A stretch of 64,000 nucleotides of DNA, taken from NCBI GenBank assembly GCA_963799845.1, contig CAWCYI010000004.1, positions 736,001 to 800,000 on the forward strand, written 5' to 3'. The notes beneath the pieces are model-generated. The model saw nothing but the letters and a program-made list of their open reading frames with translations, was not told the origin of the DNA and did not search any database. Every line of letters starts with the position of its first letter. Position 1 is the first letter of the stretch. The stretch is from an uncultured Nitrososphaerota archaeon. GTDB lineage: Archaea > Thermoproteota > Nitrososphaeria > Nitrososphaerales > CADDZS01. The position numbers and the translations under genes are program-made. Below are positions 10,566 through 21,034 of this stretch, piece after piece.

Positions 10566-10626
10566 TCATCCCCGACAGAGTGCTGGATGGCTAATATGTT
10601 TTGTAGGGCGATACAGACTCGTCTGC

Positions 10627-10956
10627 TCAGGTCGTCGCGACCATCTCGATCTCTACAAAGACTTCCAGTCCCAGACCTGCTTCCACTGTAGTCCTTGAAG
10701 GAGGAATTTCAATGCTCCCAAAATATTCATTCCATATTGCATTGAGGTACTGCTCCCGATAACTTAGATCCGAGAGGTAAACGGTTACCTTCACGACTTT
10801 GTCGAACGATGTTCCCGCCTCCTGCAGTACTGCTCTTAATTTTTCAAAAACGTTCCTGATCTGAGTGGGAACATCTCCCGGCTTTCCTGTGACCCCGCTA
10901 GTGTATACGGTGTTACCGATCCTCTTGAACCGGGACATTTTTGGTTGCTGGCTCAT
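10627..10956 (-). CDS. RidA/YjgF-family imine deaminase
   Basis: VVKVTVYLSD, PPSRTTVEAGL, VEIEMVA; probable start ATG at 10956. Confidence 0.85.
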   Translation of the reverse strand: MSQQPKMSRFKRIGNTVYTSGVTGKPGDVPTQIRNVFEKLRAVLQEAGTSFDKVVKVTVYLSDLSYREQYLNAIWNEYFGSIEIPPSRTTVEAGLGLEVFVEIEMVATT

Positions 10957-11041
10957 TTGACAATATTCCTCCGAGGTTGTGGATTTAGGAATTTCGATCT
11001 TGGGAGTATTAACATTTTTCAAAATTTTGGAATATCTATTC

Positions 11042-12286
11042 TCAGGTGACAGTCTCCCATTTGCCAGTCAAAGTCGATCTTGAGATTGTATCAGTAACCT
11101 TGTCTGCCATGAGCCCGTCGTAAAACGTCGCACCCCACGGCTCTATCGGTTTGTCTTCGGCGACTGCTGTAAAGAAATGATACATCTCGTGAACCATTGG
11201 ATGCTCCCAACCCAGAACGTGACCCGATGGCCACCAATTCTTGGCATATGCATGCACGGGTTCAGTTGCAGAGATAGTTCTGAACCCTCTCTTTTCCTGC
11301 CCATCTTTGTTCGAATAATAATCCAACTCGTTCAATCTTTCCAAGTTGAATGAAAGCGAACCTTCAGTGCCGTGAATCTCTATCCTCTGAAAGTTCTTCC
11401 TTCCCGCACAGAACCGTGAGGCCTCGACCGAGCCAATGACTCCAGACTTGAACCTCAACAACGCAATGAAAGCATCGTCCACGTCGACCTTTCCCGTTTT
11501 ATTTTCCCCCAACCCATTTTCGGGCAGAGGTCTCTCCTCGATAAATGTCTTCGTCATCCCCACCGTTGAATCAATGTCACCCACGAGAAACCTTCCGAGG
11601 TCGATGACATGAGTCCCTAGATCTCCCAAAACCCCGCTACCCGCAATGGATTTTCTCAATCGCCATACTAGGGGAAAATTTGGGTCCATAATCCAGTCCT
11701 GAAGATAAGCTGCCCTAAATTCAAGAACCTTGCCAATTGAGCCATCATCAATTAGTTGCTTTGCCAGTCGGATTGCGGGGATAAACCTGTAGTTATACCC
11801 GACCATGTGCTTAATTCCCGCCTTTCTTGCTGCCCGTAGCATCCTCTCGGATTCCTTTGCATTGCGCCCGAGTGGCTTTTCGCAGATCAGATCTTTTCCC
11901 AGCTCGGCGGCTTCGATGCAAGGATCCTCATGAAGGTTGTTTGGGAGTCCGTTATCGACAACTTGAACGCTATCGTCTTTCACGACCTTATGCCAATCGG
12001 TATAATATTTTTCGTACCCAAAATTCTTGGCAGCTTCTTTTACAGCCGATTCGGATCTGCCGGCAATTGCACTAAGGCTCGGGATGGGGGAGTTTGGAAA
12101 AATGAACGGAAACTGGATGAAAGCGTTCGTGTGAGCCTTTCCCATAAAGGCGTATCCCAGCATCCCGGTCCCAATCCTCTTTCTTTGGGAACTTGAATCG
12201 CTCTTTGTTTCGACAAGAGCAACATGAGCTGTCCTCTCATGCGTTGAGCCTCTCGGTTTTTTCATTGTCGTACGAAGCGGTTTCAA
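11042..12286 (-). CDS. Gfo/Idh/MocA-family NAD(P) sugar oxidoreductase
   Basis: GYAFMGKAH, CEKPL, YLQDW, GDLGTHVID; start uncertain. Confidence 0.9.
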   Translation of the reverse strand: MKPLRTTMKKPRGSTHERTAHVALVETKSDSSSQRKRIGTGMLGYAFMGKAHTNAFIQFPFIFPNSPIPSLSAIAGRSESAVKEAAKNFGYEKYYTDWHKVVKDDSVQVVDNGLPNNLHEDPCIEAAELGKDLICEKPLGRNAKESERMLRAARKAGIKHMVGYNYRFIPAIRLAKQLIDDGSIGKVLEFRAAYLQDWIMDPNFPLVWRLRKSIAGSGVLGDLGTHVIDLGRFLVGDIDSTVGMTKTFIEERPLPENGLGENKTGKVDVDDAFIALLRFKSGVIGSVEASRFCAGRKNFQRIEIHGTEGSLSFNLERLNELDYYSNKDGQEKRGFRTISATEPVHAYAKNWWPSGHVLGWEHPMVHEMYHFFTAVAEDKPIEPWGATFYDGLMADKVTDTISRSTLTGKWETVT

Positions 12287-12388
12287 TCTAGTATATTTTT
12301 CAGTTTAGCTTGGATTCCACGAACTGGACATTACTTAGAACGCTTTTATCCGAAAAAGAAGTCCTTGAAAATTGGTTTTCATCTCGAA

Positions 12389-13354
12389 ATGAAGCTCGGA
12401 GTGTTCAATCCAATTTTTTATCACAAGTCCTTCGAAGAGTTCTTGGACGCTTCCAAAGCTCTGGGATTAGATGCAATTGAGATCGGGTGCGCCAATTATC
12501 CTGGTACAAAGCATTGTGATGCCAAGCGCTTGCTTGCAAACAGCGATGAGCTTGCAGTGTTCAAAAAAAAGATTCAAGACCATGATTTGATAATCAGCGC
12601 TCTCAGTTGCCATGGTAATCCTCTGCATCCATCTCCGAGTATATCTGAAGCGCACCGGCAAGGGCAGCGAGACGCAATCCTTCTCGCCTACAAACTTGGG
12701 GTTGGGCGGATAGTTACCTTCTCCGGCTGTCCCGGAGATTCAGATTCGTCAAGGTACCCCAATTGGGTTACAAGCGCGTGGCCGGAGGACTACCCGAAGA
12801 TCCTCGATTGGCAGTGGAAAGAAAAGGTGATTCCTTACTGGCAGAAGGAAGCAGAGTTTGCCGAGAAGAACGGGGTTGACAAAATTTGCATCGAAATGCA
12901 CCCAGGCTTTGTAGTTTACAATCCTGAAACGATGATCAAACTCAGGGAAAGTGCGGGGAAGGTCGTGGGCGGGAACTTTGATCCTAGTCACATGTTTTGG
13001 CAGGGAATAGATCCCTGCGTAGCAATTCGCAAGCTCTCTGGGAGCATCTATCACTTCCACGCGAAGGATACCTATCTCGATTTGCAAAACATCCAGACGA
13101 ATGGAGTAATTGACTCCAAGAATTACTCTGGCATGAAGGATAGATCTTGGTACTTCAGGACTGTAGGTTATGGTCATGATGCAATAACATGGAAAAACAT
13201 CATGAGTGCCCTACGACTCGCCGACTATGATTACGTCGTCAGCATAGAACACGAAGATGCTCTCCTCTCCCGCGAAGAAGGCCTGAGAAAAGCTGTGGAG
13301 TTTTTGAAAGGGGTGTTGATAACGGAACCACCGAGCGAGGCTTGGTGGACTTGA
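12389..13354 (+). CDS. Sugar phosphate isomerase/epimerase TIM barrel (IolE-like)
   Basis: SCHGNPLHP, IEMHPGF, NFDPSH, HFHAKD, SIEHED metal ligands. Confidence 0.88.
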   Translation: MKLGVFNPIFYHKSFEEFLDASKALGLDAIEIGCANYPGTKHCDAKRLLANSDELAVFKKKIQDHDLIISALSCHGNPLHPSPSISEAHRQGQRDAILLAYKLGVGRIVTFSGCPGDSDSSRYPNWVTSAWPEDYPKILDWQWKEKVIPYWQKEAEFAEKNGVDKICIEMHPGFVVYNPETMIKLRESAGKVVGGNFDPSHMFWQGIDPCVAIRKLSGSIYHFHAKDTYLDLQNIQTNGVIDSKNYSGMKDRSWYFRTVGYGHDAITWKNIMSALRLADYDYVVSIEHEDALLSREEGLRKAVEFLKGVLITEPPSEAWWT

Positions 13355-13400
13355 TCGATGAGGCTGCAATAGTTCTAAGATTCTTAGGAACTAGACTTTG

Positions 13401-13604
13401 TCAGCATTCGGTTCTTTTGATAGTTCTTCTCGAATCAGCTCGCCGAGTTCCAGATCGGGCTGCCCAATACACGAGATAAACGATTCCGAAACCCGCGAGC
13501 ACAACAAATAGCAAGAAAATTACACTTGAGATCAAGCTACTGTTTCCAGTCAAAATCGATGACAAGTTTGGCTCACTTCGACTAATGGTAAGTGTAACTT
13601 GCAC
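13401..13604 (-). CDS. Small single-TM hypothetical protein
   Basis: Hydrophobic stretch followed by basic tail. Confidence 0.35.
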   Translation of the reverse strand: MQVTLTISRSEPNLSSILTGNSSLISSVIFLLFVVLAGFGIVYLVYWAARSGTRRADSRRTIKRTEC

Positions 13605-13693
13605 TTACACCTTTGGCATCGTCTTCATAGCCTTTGAGTTTAAGACTGGCATTGCTCGGATAGCTTAGGCTCTTGGGACATCTATTTCGTGAA

Positions 13694-14834
13694 CTACCCT
13701 TGAATAAATTCGTGGGCTTCTTGCTTCCTTGACTGAAACTTGCTGATCCGTGTGATCAGTAGAGGCTCTGTCTCCACAAGGGACTGCTCCAGTCCCAGCT
13801 TCAGGTGATTGCGAGCTGCGTTCACGTCACGGTCCAGTTCAAGACCACAACGCTCGCAATGAAACACTCTGTCCTTCAGAGTGAGTTTCGTCGGCGAGAG
13901 TCTATCCGCATCTAGAGCATTTCTGCGAACTGCCAATGGGATTGACGAGTAAGACTCGCCCGCTACGCCTTTCTGCCTTGTAAGCAGTCATTACGCGTAG
14001 CTTCCCCCAGGTGGCATCCAATATTGCTGATGCGAGATTGTGGTTTCTCACCATGTTCAGAATCTTCAGGTCTTCGAATACAACCAACTTGTTCTTCCGA
14101 GCAAGGTCATTCGAAAACTTATGGCAGAAGTCTTCCCTCTGTCTCCGCACTTTTCTCCACGCCTTGGCGAGAACGATCCGTGCCTTCTCCCTGTTCTGAG
14201 AAGCCTTCTTCTTTCGTGAAAGCTTTCGCTGAAAAGACTTGATTCTCTGCACACTCCCCTTCAAGTAGCGTGGGTTTTCTATAAGGGTCCCATCGCTGAG
14301 AGCTGCTACACTCGAGATCCCAACATCCACGCCAATTTTTCCATCGGAGCATTTCACAGTCGGATTGGATTCGTCGACGAGCAGTGCCACGAACCACTGG
14401 TCGACGTCCCGGATAACGGTCACACGCTTGATGACGCCGGAGATTTTTCGGTGTAGCACAATCTTGATCTTCCCAATTTTGCTCAGGTAGATCGTGCCAC
14501 CTTTCAGCTTGAAGCCGGATTGAGGATAGGTGAAGGAGTTGTAGCGACCGTATTTCCTGAACCTCGGATACTTCATCAGCCCTTTGAAGAATGCTTGGAA
14601 CGCCTTGTCCAGTCTCAGGGCTACGTCCTGCAGGACTTGGGAGAATACAACCTTGAGATATTTATTGTCCCGCTTCAAAGGCACGAGCTGTCTTTTCTGT
14701 TGGTAGAATCCAGTCCGATTCTCATTCCGATCCGCAAGAAGATTGTTGTATAGACGCCTGCATGTTTCAAGAGTCTCGTTGAGGCTTCTCTCTCGTTGCG
14801 TGCTTGGATAGATCCTGAACTTGTAGGTGATCAA
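13694..14834 (-). CDS. tnpB: TnpB RNA-guided endonuclease, frameshift near 13905
   Basis: YKFRIYP; RuvC GVDVG and VFEDL; SQKCSRCG, then in the shifted frame CERCGLELDRDVNAARN. Confidence 0.9.
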
Positions 14835-15229
14835 ATCTCTTTCTGCTCTGCAATGTATTGCTTGATCGTGTCGAATGAGACGTGTCCGTGTGTTGAAACA
14901 AAGTAGCTTCGACTCCAGAGAGTAGGAAGCCGGGTTGCAAGTTCTGGGAATTCCTTTCTGAGCTCGTGGGAAGTATGACCCTTGAGAGCCGCGATGATCC
15001 GGTTTGGTGCGATCACCGGAGTAGCCTGGATGAATAGATGCACATGGTCAGGCATTATTTCGAGTGCGATAATCTTGCAGCCGAGAGCATCTGTTTTCTC
15101 TTGAAGTAAAGCTTTGAGTCGAGCTTCAACTTTTCCAACGAGAACCTTTCGCCTGTATTTGGGGCACCAGACGAAGTGATAGTTCATGAAGTGAACTGAA
15201 GTCTGGGAAGGGAGATAGCCCCGTGGCAC
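14831..15229 (-). CDS. tnpA: IS200-type Y1 HUH transposase TnpA
   Basis: YHFVWCPKYR, MPDHVHL (HUH), LWSRSYF, IKQYIAEQ. Confidence 0.95.
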   Translation of the reverse strand: MPRGYLPSQTSVHFMNYHFVWCPKYRRKVLVGKVEARLKALLQEKTDALGCKIIALEIMPDHVHLFIQATPVIAPNRIIAALKGHTSHELRKEFPELATRLPTLWSRSYFVSTHGHVSFDTIKQYIAEQKEI

Positions 15230-15287
15230 GGGAAAAAATGGATAACATTTACTTAATTAAAATGCTCGCTTTCATCCCACGGCTGAA

Positions 15288-16465
15288 CAGTAGTTGCGAA
15301 TCAAGTATGCTTTCCTCTCATGTCAAATGACTTGTTCATTATTAGACCGATGAGATAGAGTTTCATTTGGATTACTTTGATCGATACATAGTCATTCGGA
15401 TGGAGCAGCTCTCGATCGGCATTGTACATGACCCACGCGTTGTATACAAGACATGCAAAGAGATAGTAAAATAACCTTACCACGTAGTTCCTTGATGTTG
15501 TTTTATCAGGAATTGATTTGACATCCGGTAGCTCGTCTCTATGCCCCAACGATTCTTGAACAATCTCAATACTGTCTCAGCTTTGTAGGGAAGATTGGTT
15601 GCAAACAGGTACTTGTAATCCTTTGATTTGTCGTAGACCACGACCACATCAAATGACGTTTGTTCGGACTTTCTTCTCCTGTGTCCACTAGTCGTGTATG
15701 TGAATCTCCTGCCATTCCAGAGCCTCATTTTCTTTGTGCTGTAGGTCGGAGCCATTCGGACGATGTACTTGAGTCCAGATTCCTCAAGAAATCTCAGGAA
15801 GCCTGTGCTAAGGAATCCACCGTCAAACACCAAGTATCGAATTCTGATTTCCAGCTCTTCTCGCAGTTTTCGCACAATTTGTTCGGCAGATGAAGCAAGT
15901 TCCGCAGCTGATTCTAACCCTGTAACAGCTACGATCAGTCTTTCCCCATCTACCAGAACAGAAGCTGTAAGATACTTGAACGCATAATTGCTTCCATCTC
16001 GGTGCATGGTTCCGATGACCATCGGTGTTTCTTCATGATCGCCGTAATACATGACATCGTGCAGATCCACCGCTACGGGGACTGGAAGTCGTAATTTCCG
16101 TCGTTTTCGGAGCTTCTTTACATTCATGTCTACCAAATCATCGAAGATTCGTTTGAGCCTCTCTTCTCTTTGTGATTTGATGTACGAAAGAAGAGTTTCT
16201 GCTGTCGGTGATTCGTCTAGAGACTTTGAAACACCTTCTGCAAACCCATTCACCAAGCTTGCAGAAATAAGCAGTTTTAGGTGATCGGCTTTTGAGTAAA
16301 TGGCTCTCTCCTTGAGGTCGTATGTTAGCAATCCTGAGATACTTTTCTTCACGAATTCATGCAGCTTTCTTGAATTGACCTTCAATGAATGTCGGAAAGA
16401 AGCCCTAAGGCACGCTGGCCATAATAATTACGGCCGAAAACGCTTGAATTCATTCGCATCTACTG
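15288..16465 (-). mobile_element. ISH3-family insertion sequence
   Basis: IR CAGTAGTTGCGAAT (15288-) / ATTCGCATCTACTG (-16465), 1 mismatch; 4-bp TSD TGAA at 15284-15287 and 16466-16469. Confidence 0.85.
15301..16385 (-). CDS. ISH3/IS4-like DDE transposase, -1 frameshift in an A-run near 15500
   Basis: VAVDLHDVMYYG, LVFDGGF, RWGIETSYR; continues KTTSRNYVVRLFYYLFACLVYNAW in ORF 15301-15549. Confidence 0.85.
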
Positions 16466-16536
16466 TGAAGCACGTGGGATTTCCCGCTCGACTTAGTGCT
16501 AAAATACTCACGAAAACTTAAGACATTCCGGAAAGA

Positions 16537-17318
16537 TTGCCTGTCTATAGAAAGAATAAGTCTAGAGCTTTGCTCAGAGAATCAAAACCAACAGTTGCTA
16601 CACATGTTCACAGTACCTGGCCGGGGATGATGGAAGTCATCGGCTCGACAGGCCTCGTAGACTATGTGGAACTTTCCGCACAATATGCGCCGTACGATTT
16701 GTATCTCTCGACAATCTTGCGATGGCAGCTGACCTTTATGAAATGTCGGCCATGATAAAAATCGATCCCGAACCCAGATATTTCGTGGCCCAGCGGGCGA
16801 TAGGATCTGGATTCCAATCGGTGCTATTTGCAGATCTCAGATCAGTGAAAGATGTCGAGGACGCTATTTCAATAGTTAGGGCAGAGCCGAAGGGCAAAAA
16901 TGGATCTGCGATGAACAGGGCAGCCAAATACTTCTACGGCGGTAGCGAAGAATTTGTGAAGTACTGCGACGATATTGTAATAGCCGTCATGATTGAGAAA
17001 AAGTCCCTATACGAGCATCTGGAAGAAGTTCTCAACTTGGACGTTGATATGATTCAGTTTGGTCCGTCTGATTTCTCGATGAGCCTCGGGGTCTGGGGCC
17101 AGACCAGTAATCCAAAGGTTCTCGAAGCGCAGGAAAACACGATCAAGATGGCGTTGAAATACGACAAGCATCCGAGAATTGAGCTGTCGAGCTTCGCGAA
17201 GGCAGAGAAATATCTCCAGATGGGCGTCAAGGATTTTTGCATCGGATGGGACGTCATGGTGATGAGGGACTTTCTGGTTCAGAACGCTGAGCCACTCCGA
17301 AAGCAACTCGGCATTTGA
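16537..17318 (+). CDS. HpcH/HpaI-family class II aldolase, frameshift near 16707
   Basis: ORFs 16537-16755 (DYVELSAQYAPYD) and 16722-17318 (VMIEKK, QFGPSDFSMSLG) form one gene. Confidence 0.8.
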
Positions 17319-17343
17319 TGTAGAATCCAATTGAGGAACCAAC

Positions 17344-18249
17344 ATGATTCTGTCAGCCGATCCGCTTTCTGACAATTGCGCTGAATTACTCAGCCAGTTT
17401 GGTCTCAAAAACGGAAGCGAGGATCGAACTGATTTCAAGGAGGCGAAGATCCTTTTAGGCGCGCGCGGTTCCATAAGAAAATCACTCCAGTTCGGGATGC
17501 CGAATCTGGAGGCAATTCAGACTTTCACTGCGGGCGTTGATGACCTGCCATTTGAGCTGATCCCTCCAAATGTGAAAATCTTCTCTAATGCTGGCGTATA
17601 TTCTCAAAGCGTCTCGGAACACGCTCTGGCTCTCGTTCTGGCACTATCCAAGAATGTAAACCGGAAAGATCCGACCGTGAGTTACGGCCTTCGGGGCAAG
17701 ACTTTAGTCGTTCTGGGATGCGGCGGGATCGGAAGCAAAGTAGCTGAAATGGCGCGAGACGCTTTCGGGTGCAGGGTCATAGGGGTATCAAGGTCGTTCA
17801 AATTCCCTGGGCATTTCGATGAAAGAATTGGAGTCGATCAACTTCAGTATGCCGTGGCCTCCGCGGGTATTTTGATCAGCGCTCTTCCATTGAACAAGTT
17901 TACCAGGAATCTTCTGAGATATGGCGATCTGAGTAAAGCGAAGAAGAATTCGATCATCGTGAACGTAGGAAGAGCCGAGGCGATAAATGAATCAGATATC
18001 TATCGGTTGCTCGTCGAAAATCCAGGAATCAGATTCGGTACGGACGTCTTCTGGTTCGTTGGGGAAAAGGAGAATTTTGATTCCAAATTGTGGGAGCTTC
18101 CAAATTTCATGGGAACGATGCACAGAGCTGGTGGGCATGCAAGTCCGGAGGTGATGGAACATGCTATGGAGGTCGCAGCCCAAAATGTTAGAGACTACAT
18201 CCTAACTGGCAACGTTCAGAATTTAGTGAAGCGGGACGATTATGTTTGA
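17344..18249 (+). CDS. D-2-hydroxyacid dehydrogenase (glycerate dehydrogenase-like)
   Basis: GCGGIG, LPLNKFTR, VNVGRA, TDVFW, H-R-AG. Confidence 0.85.
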   Translation: MILSADPLSDNCAELLSQFGLKNGSEDRTDFKEAKILLGARGSIRKSLQFGMPNLEAIQTFTAGVDDLPFELIPPNVKIFSNAGVYSQSVSEHALALVLALSKNVNRKDPTVSYGLRGKTLVVLGCGGIGSKVAEMARDAFGCRVIGVSRSFKFPGHFDERIGVDQLQYAVASAGILISALPLNKFTRNLLRYGDLSKAKKNSIIVNVGRAEAINESDIYRLLVENPGIRFGTDVFWFVGEKENFDSKLWELPNFMGTMHRAGGHASPEVMEHAMEVAAQNVRDYILTGNVQNLVKRDDYV

Positions 18250-18265
18250 AGATCTATTTTGAACC

Positions 18266-18895
18266 GTGGGAACTATTCCTATGAGGAGGTCAGCGATTGA
18301 GAGGCGGCGTCTTGTCTTCGTATCGATCGTCTTGATAGCGCTCTCGCTGGTCGTATTCGTTGCTTATTTTATTGGAGCCCAATCCACTCTTTCGGGCATT
18401 CAAGCGATTCAGCTCAATGCCCCGATTACTCATACGCCCACTTTTCTCGGCAGTTACACTTTCATTCTAGGAGGAAAGAATCTGTTTCAAAATGGGACTG
18501 CATACTCTTACGTCTGGATTAATGCAAGCGCGATAGAAAGAGGAGATATCTTCACAGCTTTCCCGGCCCTTAATGTCGGACTTCTAGGCAAGGGCATAAA
18601 TGAAAACAACTTCACCGTGGAGATAATTTATTTTGGCTCGACTTTTGGATCCTCGCCCTACTGGCTCAATTTCTCTGTCTTGATTCCCGTTCTCCATTTG
18701 TCGACAAATTCCTCACAAATTGGGTTTTCAGGCAACTTTTCCAGATCTAACATTTCCATACCTGACTCAAACGGTGCGGAGTTTTTCAGCCAAATTTCTA
18801 ACGTAGTCAATTCGTACGATGAGTTTGAGTTCTTTTTCTACATCGGAAATTCGACCACGCCTGTGCCCGCATTGGCACATGGTCCAGTGAATTGA
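18266..18895 (+). CDS. Membrane-anchored hypothetical protein
   Basis: N-terminal TM after basic residues; several N-x-S/T sequons. Confidence 0.6.
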   Translation: MGTIPMRRSAIERRRLVFVSIVLIALSLVVFVAYFIGAQSTLSGIQAIQLNAPITHTPTFLGSYTFILGGKNLFQNGTAYSYVWINASAIERGDIFTAFPALNVGLLGKGINENNFTVEIIYFGSTFGSSPYWLNFSVLIPVLHLSTNSSQIGFSGNFSRSNISIPDSNGAEFFSQISNVVNSYDEFEFFFYIGNSTTPVPALAHGPVN

Positions 18896-18966
18896 GTCAT
18901 CAGCTTCAAAATTGGTAGTCTCGAAACGAGCTGTCGAAGCTGTGGATGATTGTGAAAACGTCGATA

Positions 18967-19839
18967 CTACTCCAGTTTGATTACCGGATTAGTCAGTAGT
19001 CCAATCTTTTCAATTTCAATCTCCACCAGATCACCGTATTGCAGCGTAAAATCGTCAGGTGGTACGATGGAGGTCCCCGTCATCAAGAACGTGAATCTAC
19101 TCAGAACGTTGTCTCGCTTCAGATAAGTCAAAAGCTCCGAAATTGATCTTTTCATTTGCGATGTGTTAACGGAACCTTCAAAGACAAGAGCATTATTTCT
19201 TCTGATTCTCATGTTGATCTCGAGCGATTGCGGACTGGGTATCTCGTCCGGCGTAACGATTACGGGCCCTACTGCGGAAGACGCTCGGTAGACCTTTGCC
19301 TGCGGAAGATAGAGCGGATTCTGTCCCTCGATATCTCGCGAGGACAGGTCATTTCCAATCGTGTATCCAACGACCCTTGCCTCCTCGTCGCACAACACCG
19401 TTAGTTCCGGTTCAGGTACAGACCAATTACTGTCGCCCCTCACAGCCACTTCTTCATTGGGTCCCCTGCACCGAATTCCAGTATCCTTTAGGAACAGCTC
19501 CGGCCTCGCAGCTTCGTAAACATAATCGTAGAGACCCTTCGTTTTTGTTTCGCTTTCCCTTGCTTCTCTGCTTCGCAAATACGTTACACCCGCAGCCCAA
19601 ATTTCAGCCCCCTTCACAGGAATCTTGAGAGAATCGTAGTTAAAGGGAAACTTTCTCGCTTTCTGCATTCCATCCGATGCCACGGTAAGCAGCGAGGGAT
19701 AGTCGCCCTGTACCTTGTCGTAGAGGCTGTTAAGATCTCTGAATACCTGATTGTCAACACCCGTCAGATCATAAAGCCATCCATCATCTAGCACGCCAAA
19801 ACAGATGCCGTTGGAGGATTGGAATCTGCAGAACTTCAT
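18967..19839 (-). CDS. Fumarylacetoacetate hydrolase-family protein, 2-keto-3-deoxy-pentonate dehydratase (KdaD/XylX)-like
   Basis: WAAGVTYLRSREAR, RPELFLK, PEPEL, GNDLSSRDIEGQNPLYLPQAK. Confidence 0.85.
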   Translation of the reverse strand: MKFCRFQSSNGICFGVLDDGWLYDLTGVDNQVFRDLNSLYDKVQGDYPSLLTVASDGMQKARKFPFNYDSLKIPVKGAEIWAAGVTYLRSREARESETKTKGLYDYVYEAARPELFLKDTGIRCRGPNEEVAVRGDSNWSVPEPELTVLCDEEARVVGYTIGNDLSSRDIEGQNPLYLPQAKVYRASSAVGPVIVTPDEIPSPQSLEINMRIRRNNALVFEGSVNTSQMKRSISELLTYLKRDNVLSRFTFLMTGTSIVPPDDFTLQYGDLVEIEIEKIGLLTNPVIKLE

Positions 19840-19911
19840 TCGTGTGAAATTAATCCGACAGAATTAAAAGAGTTCTTAACTCGGCATGCTCGTGAGGAAG
19901 TCCATTATCGC

Positions 19912-20940
19912 CTAATATGAGACCATTTTGATTACATCAAGGATTTCCTGATCGATCGTTCTTGTTTTTGATGTTGATTCTTCCAAACTTACCGCAGTGA
20001 TCTTAGTTCCCCTCAATGATACCATCATACCGAATTTGCCATCTTTGATCAATTGCACAGCCGCGAGACCAAATCGAGTTGATAGTACTCTATCAAAAGC
20101 CGTAGGTGACCCTCCTCTGATTGTGTGACCTAAAACCGTGACTCTTGTATCGTACTTCGTTCTCTTCTCTAGCTCGTCACCAAGATACTGACCGATGCCA
20201 CCTAATCTCATATGGCCGAACTCGTCAACTTTACCCTGATCGACTCCCATCTGATTCTTAAGAGTCGCGCCCTCTGATATGACAATTACAGTCGCCTTTT
20301 CGCCTTTTTCATGCCGAGCCTTGACAAATGATACCACTTCTCCAATATCGAACGGCTCTTCCGGGACAATTATCAGATTAGCACCAGAAGCTATGCCGGC
20401 ATATGCTGTAACCCAGCCAGCTTCACGACCCATGACCTCGACAACGAAGACACGATCGTGGGACTCTGCTGTGGTTCTCAAATTGTCAATCATGTGCGTT
20501 GCTTCGTTGACAGCAGAATCGAACCCGAAAGTGTAATCGGTGTTCGAGAGATCGTTGTCCATCGTCTTAGGAACTCCAACGATTTTCAATCCTTTCTTGT
20601 AAAGCTGAGCTGCAACTCCAAGTGTATCGTCGCCCCCGACACCAATCACTGCATCGAGGCCGAGTTTCTTCACATTCTCAATTATGATCTCGAGACCGTT
20701 AGGACGCTTTGTCGGATTCGTCCTAGAAGATTTCAGAATAGTGCCTCCCTGATTTATGATTCCTTCCAGTTCATGGAATGATAACTTTACAGAATCGGCT
20801 TTAAGGAGTCCCTCCCATCCGTATCTAATCCCCAAGACTTCCCAGCCAAATTCTTCTGCATGTTTGACGACAGCTCTTGTTACTGCGTTAAGTCCGGCGC
20901 AATCACCACCGCCATTGAGTATTCCAATTTTCAAAGCCAC
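19912..20940 (-). CDS. pfkA: PfkA-family 6-phosphofructokinase, PPi-type signature
   Basis: GGGDCAGLN, GGDDT, PKTMDND, EVMGR, LGHTIRGG. Confidence 0.9.
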   Translation of the reverse strand: MALKIGILNGGGDCAGLNAVTRAVVKHAEEFGWEVLGIRYGWEGLLKADSVKLSFHELEGIINQGGTILKSSRTNPTKRPNGLEIIIENVKKLGLDAVIGVGGDDTLGVAAQLYKKGLKIVGVPKTMDNDLSNTDYTFGFDSAVNEATHMIDNLRTTAESHDRVFVVEVMGREAGWVTAYAGIASGANLIIVPEEPFDIGEVVSFVKARHEKGEKATVIVISEGATLKNQMGVDQGKVDEFGHMRLGGIGQYLGDELEKRTKYDTRVTVLGHTIRGGSPTAFDRVLSTRFGLAAVQLIKDGKFGMMVSLRGTKITAVSLEESTSKTRTIDQEILDVIKMVSY

Positions 20941-21034
20941 AGATCACTAAAGGATTGTTTCTTTGAATTCGTTTCTCCAAAAGCCTTTCTGCTGTTATGA
21001 AATGTTCCCTCATATCGAATGATAATGGCAATGT

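Larger units (their letters stand above)
13689..16498 (-). mobile_element. IS200/IS605-family element (tnpA + tnpB), left end disrupted by ISH3
   Basis: Right end (minus strand) GAAGCCCACGAATTTATTCAAGGGTAGTTCAC ends at 13689; left-end hairpin ATCCCACG..CGTGGGAT split between 15274 and 16480; exact left boundary uncertain. Confidence 0.8.

Noticed and set aside
13900-13936. Programmed frameshifting in tnpB, tag or the aldolase
   Set aside because: No slippery heptamer or stimulatory structure seen; indel error is simpler
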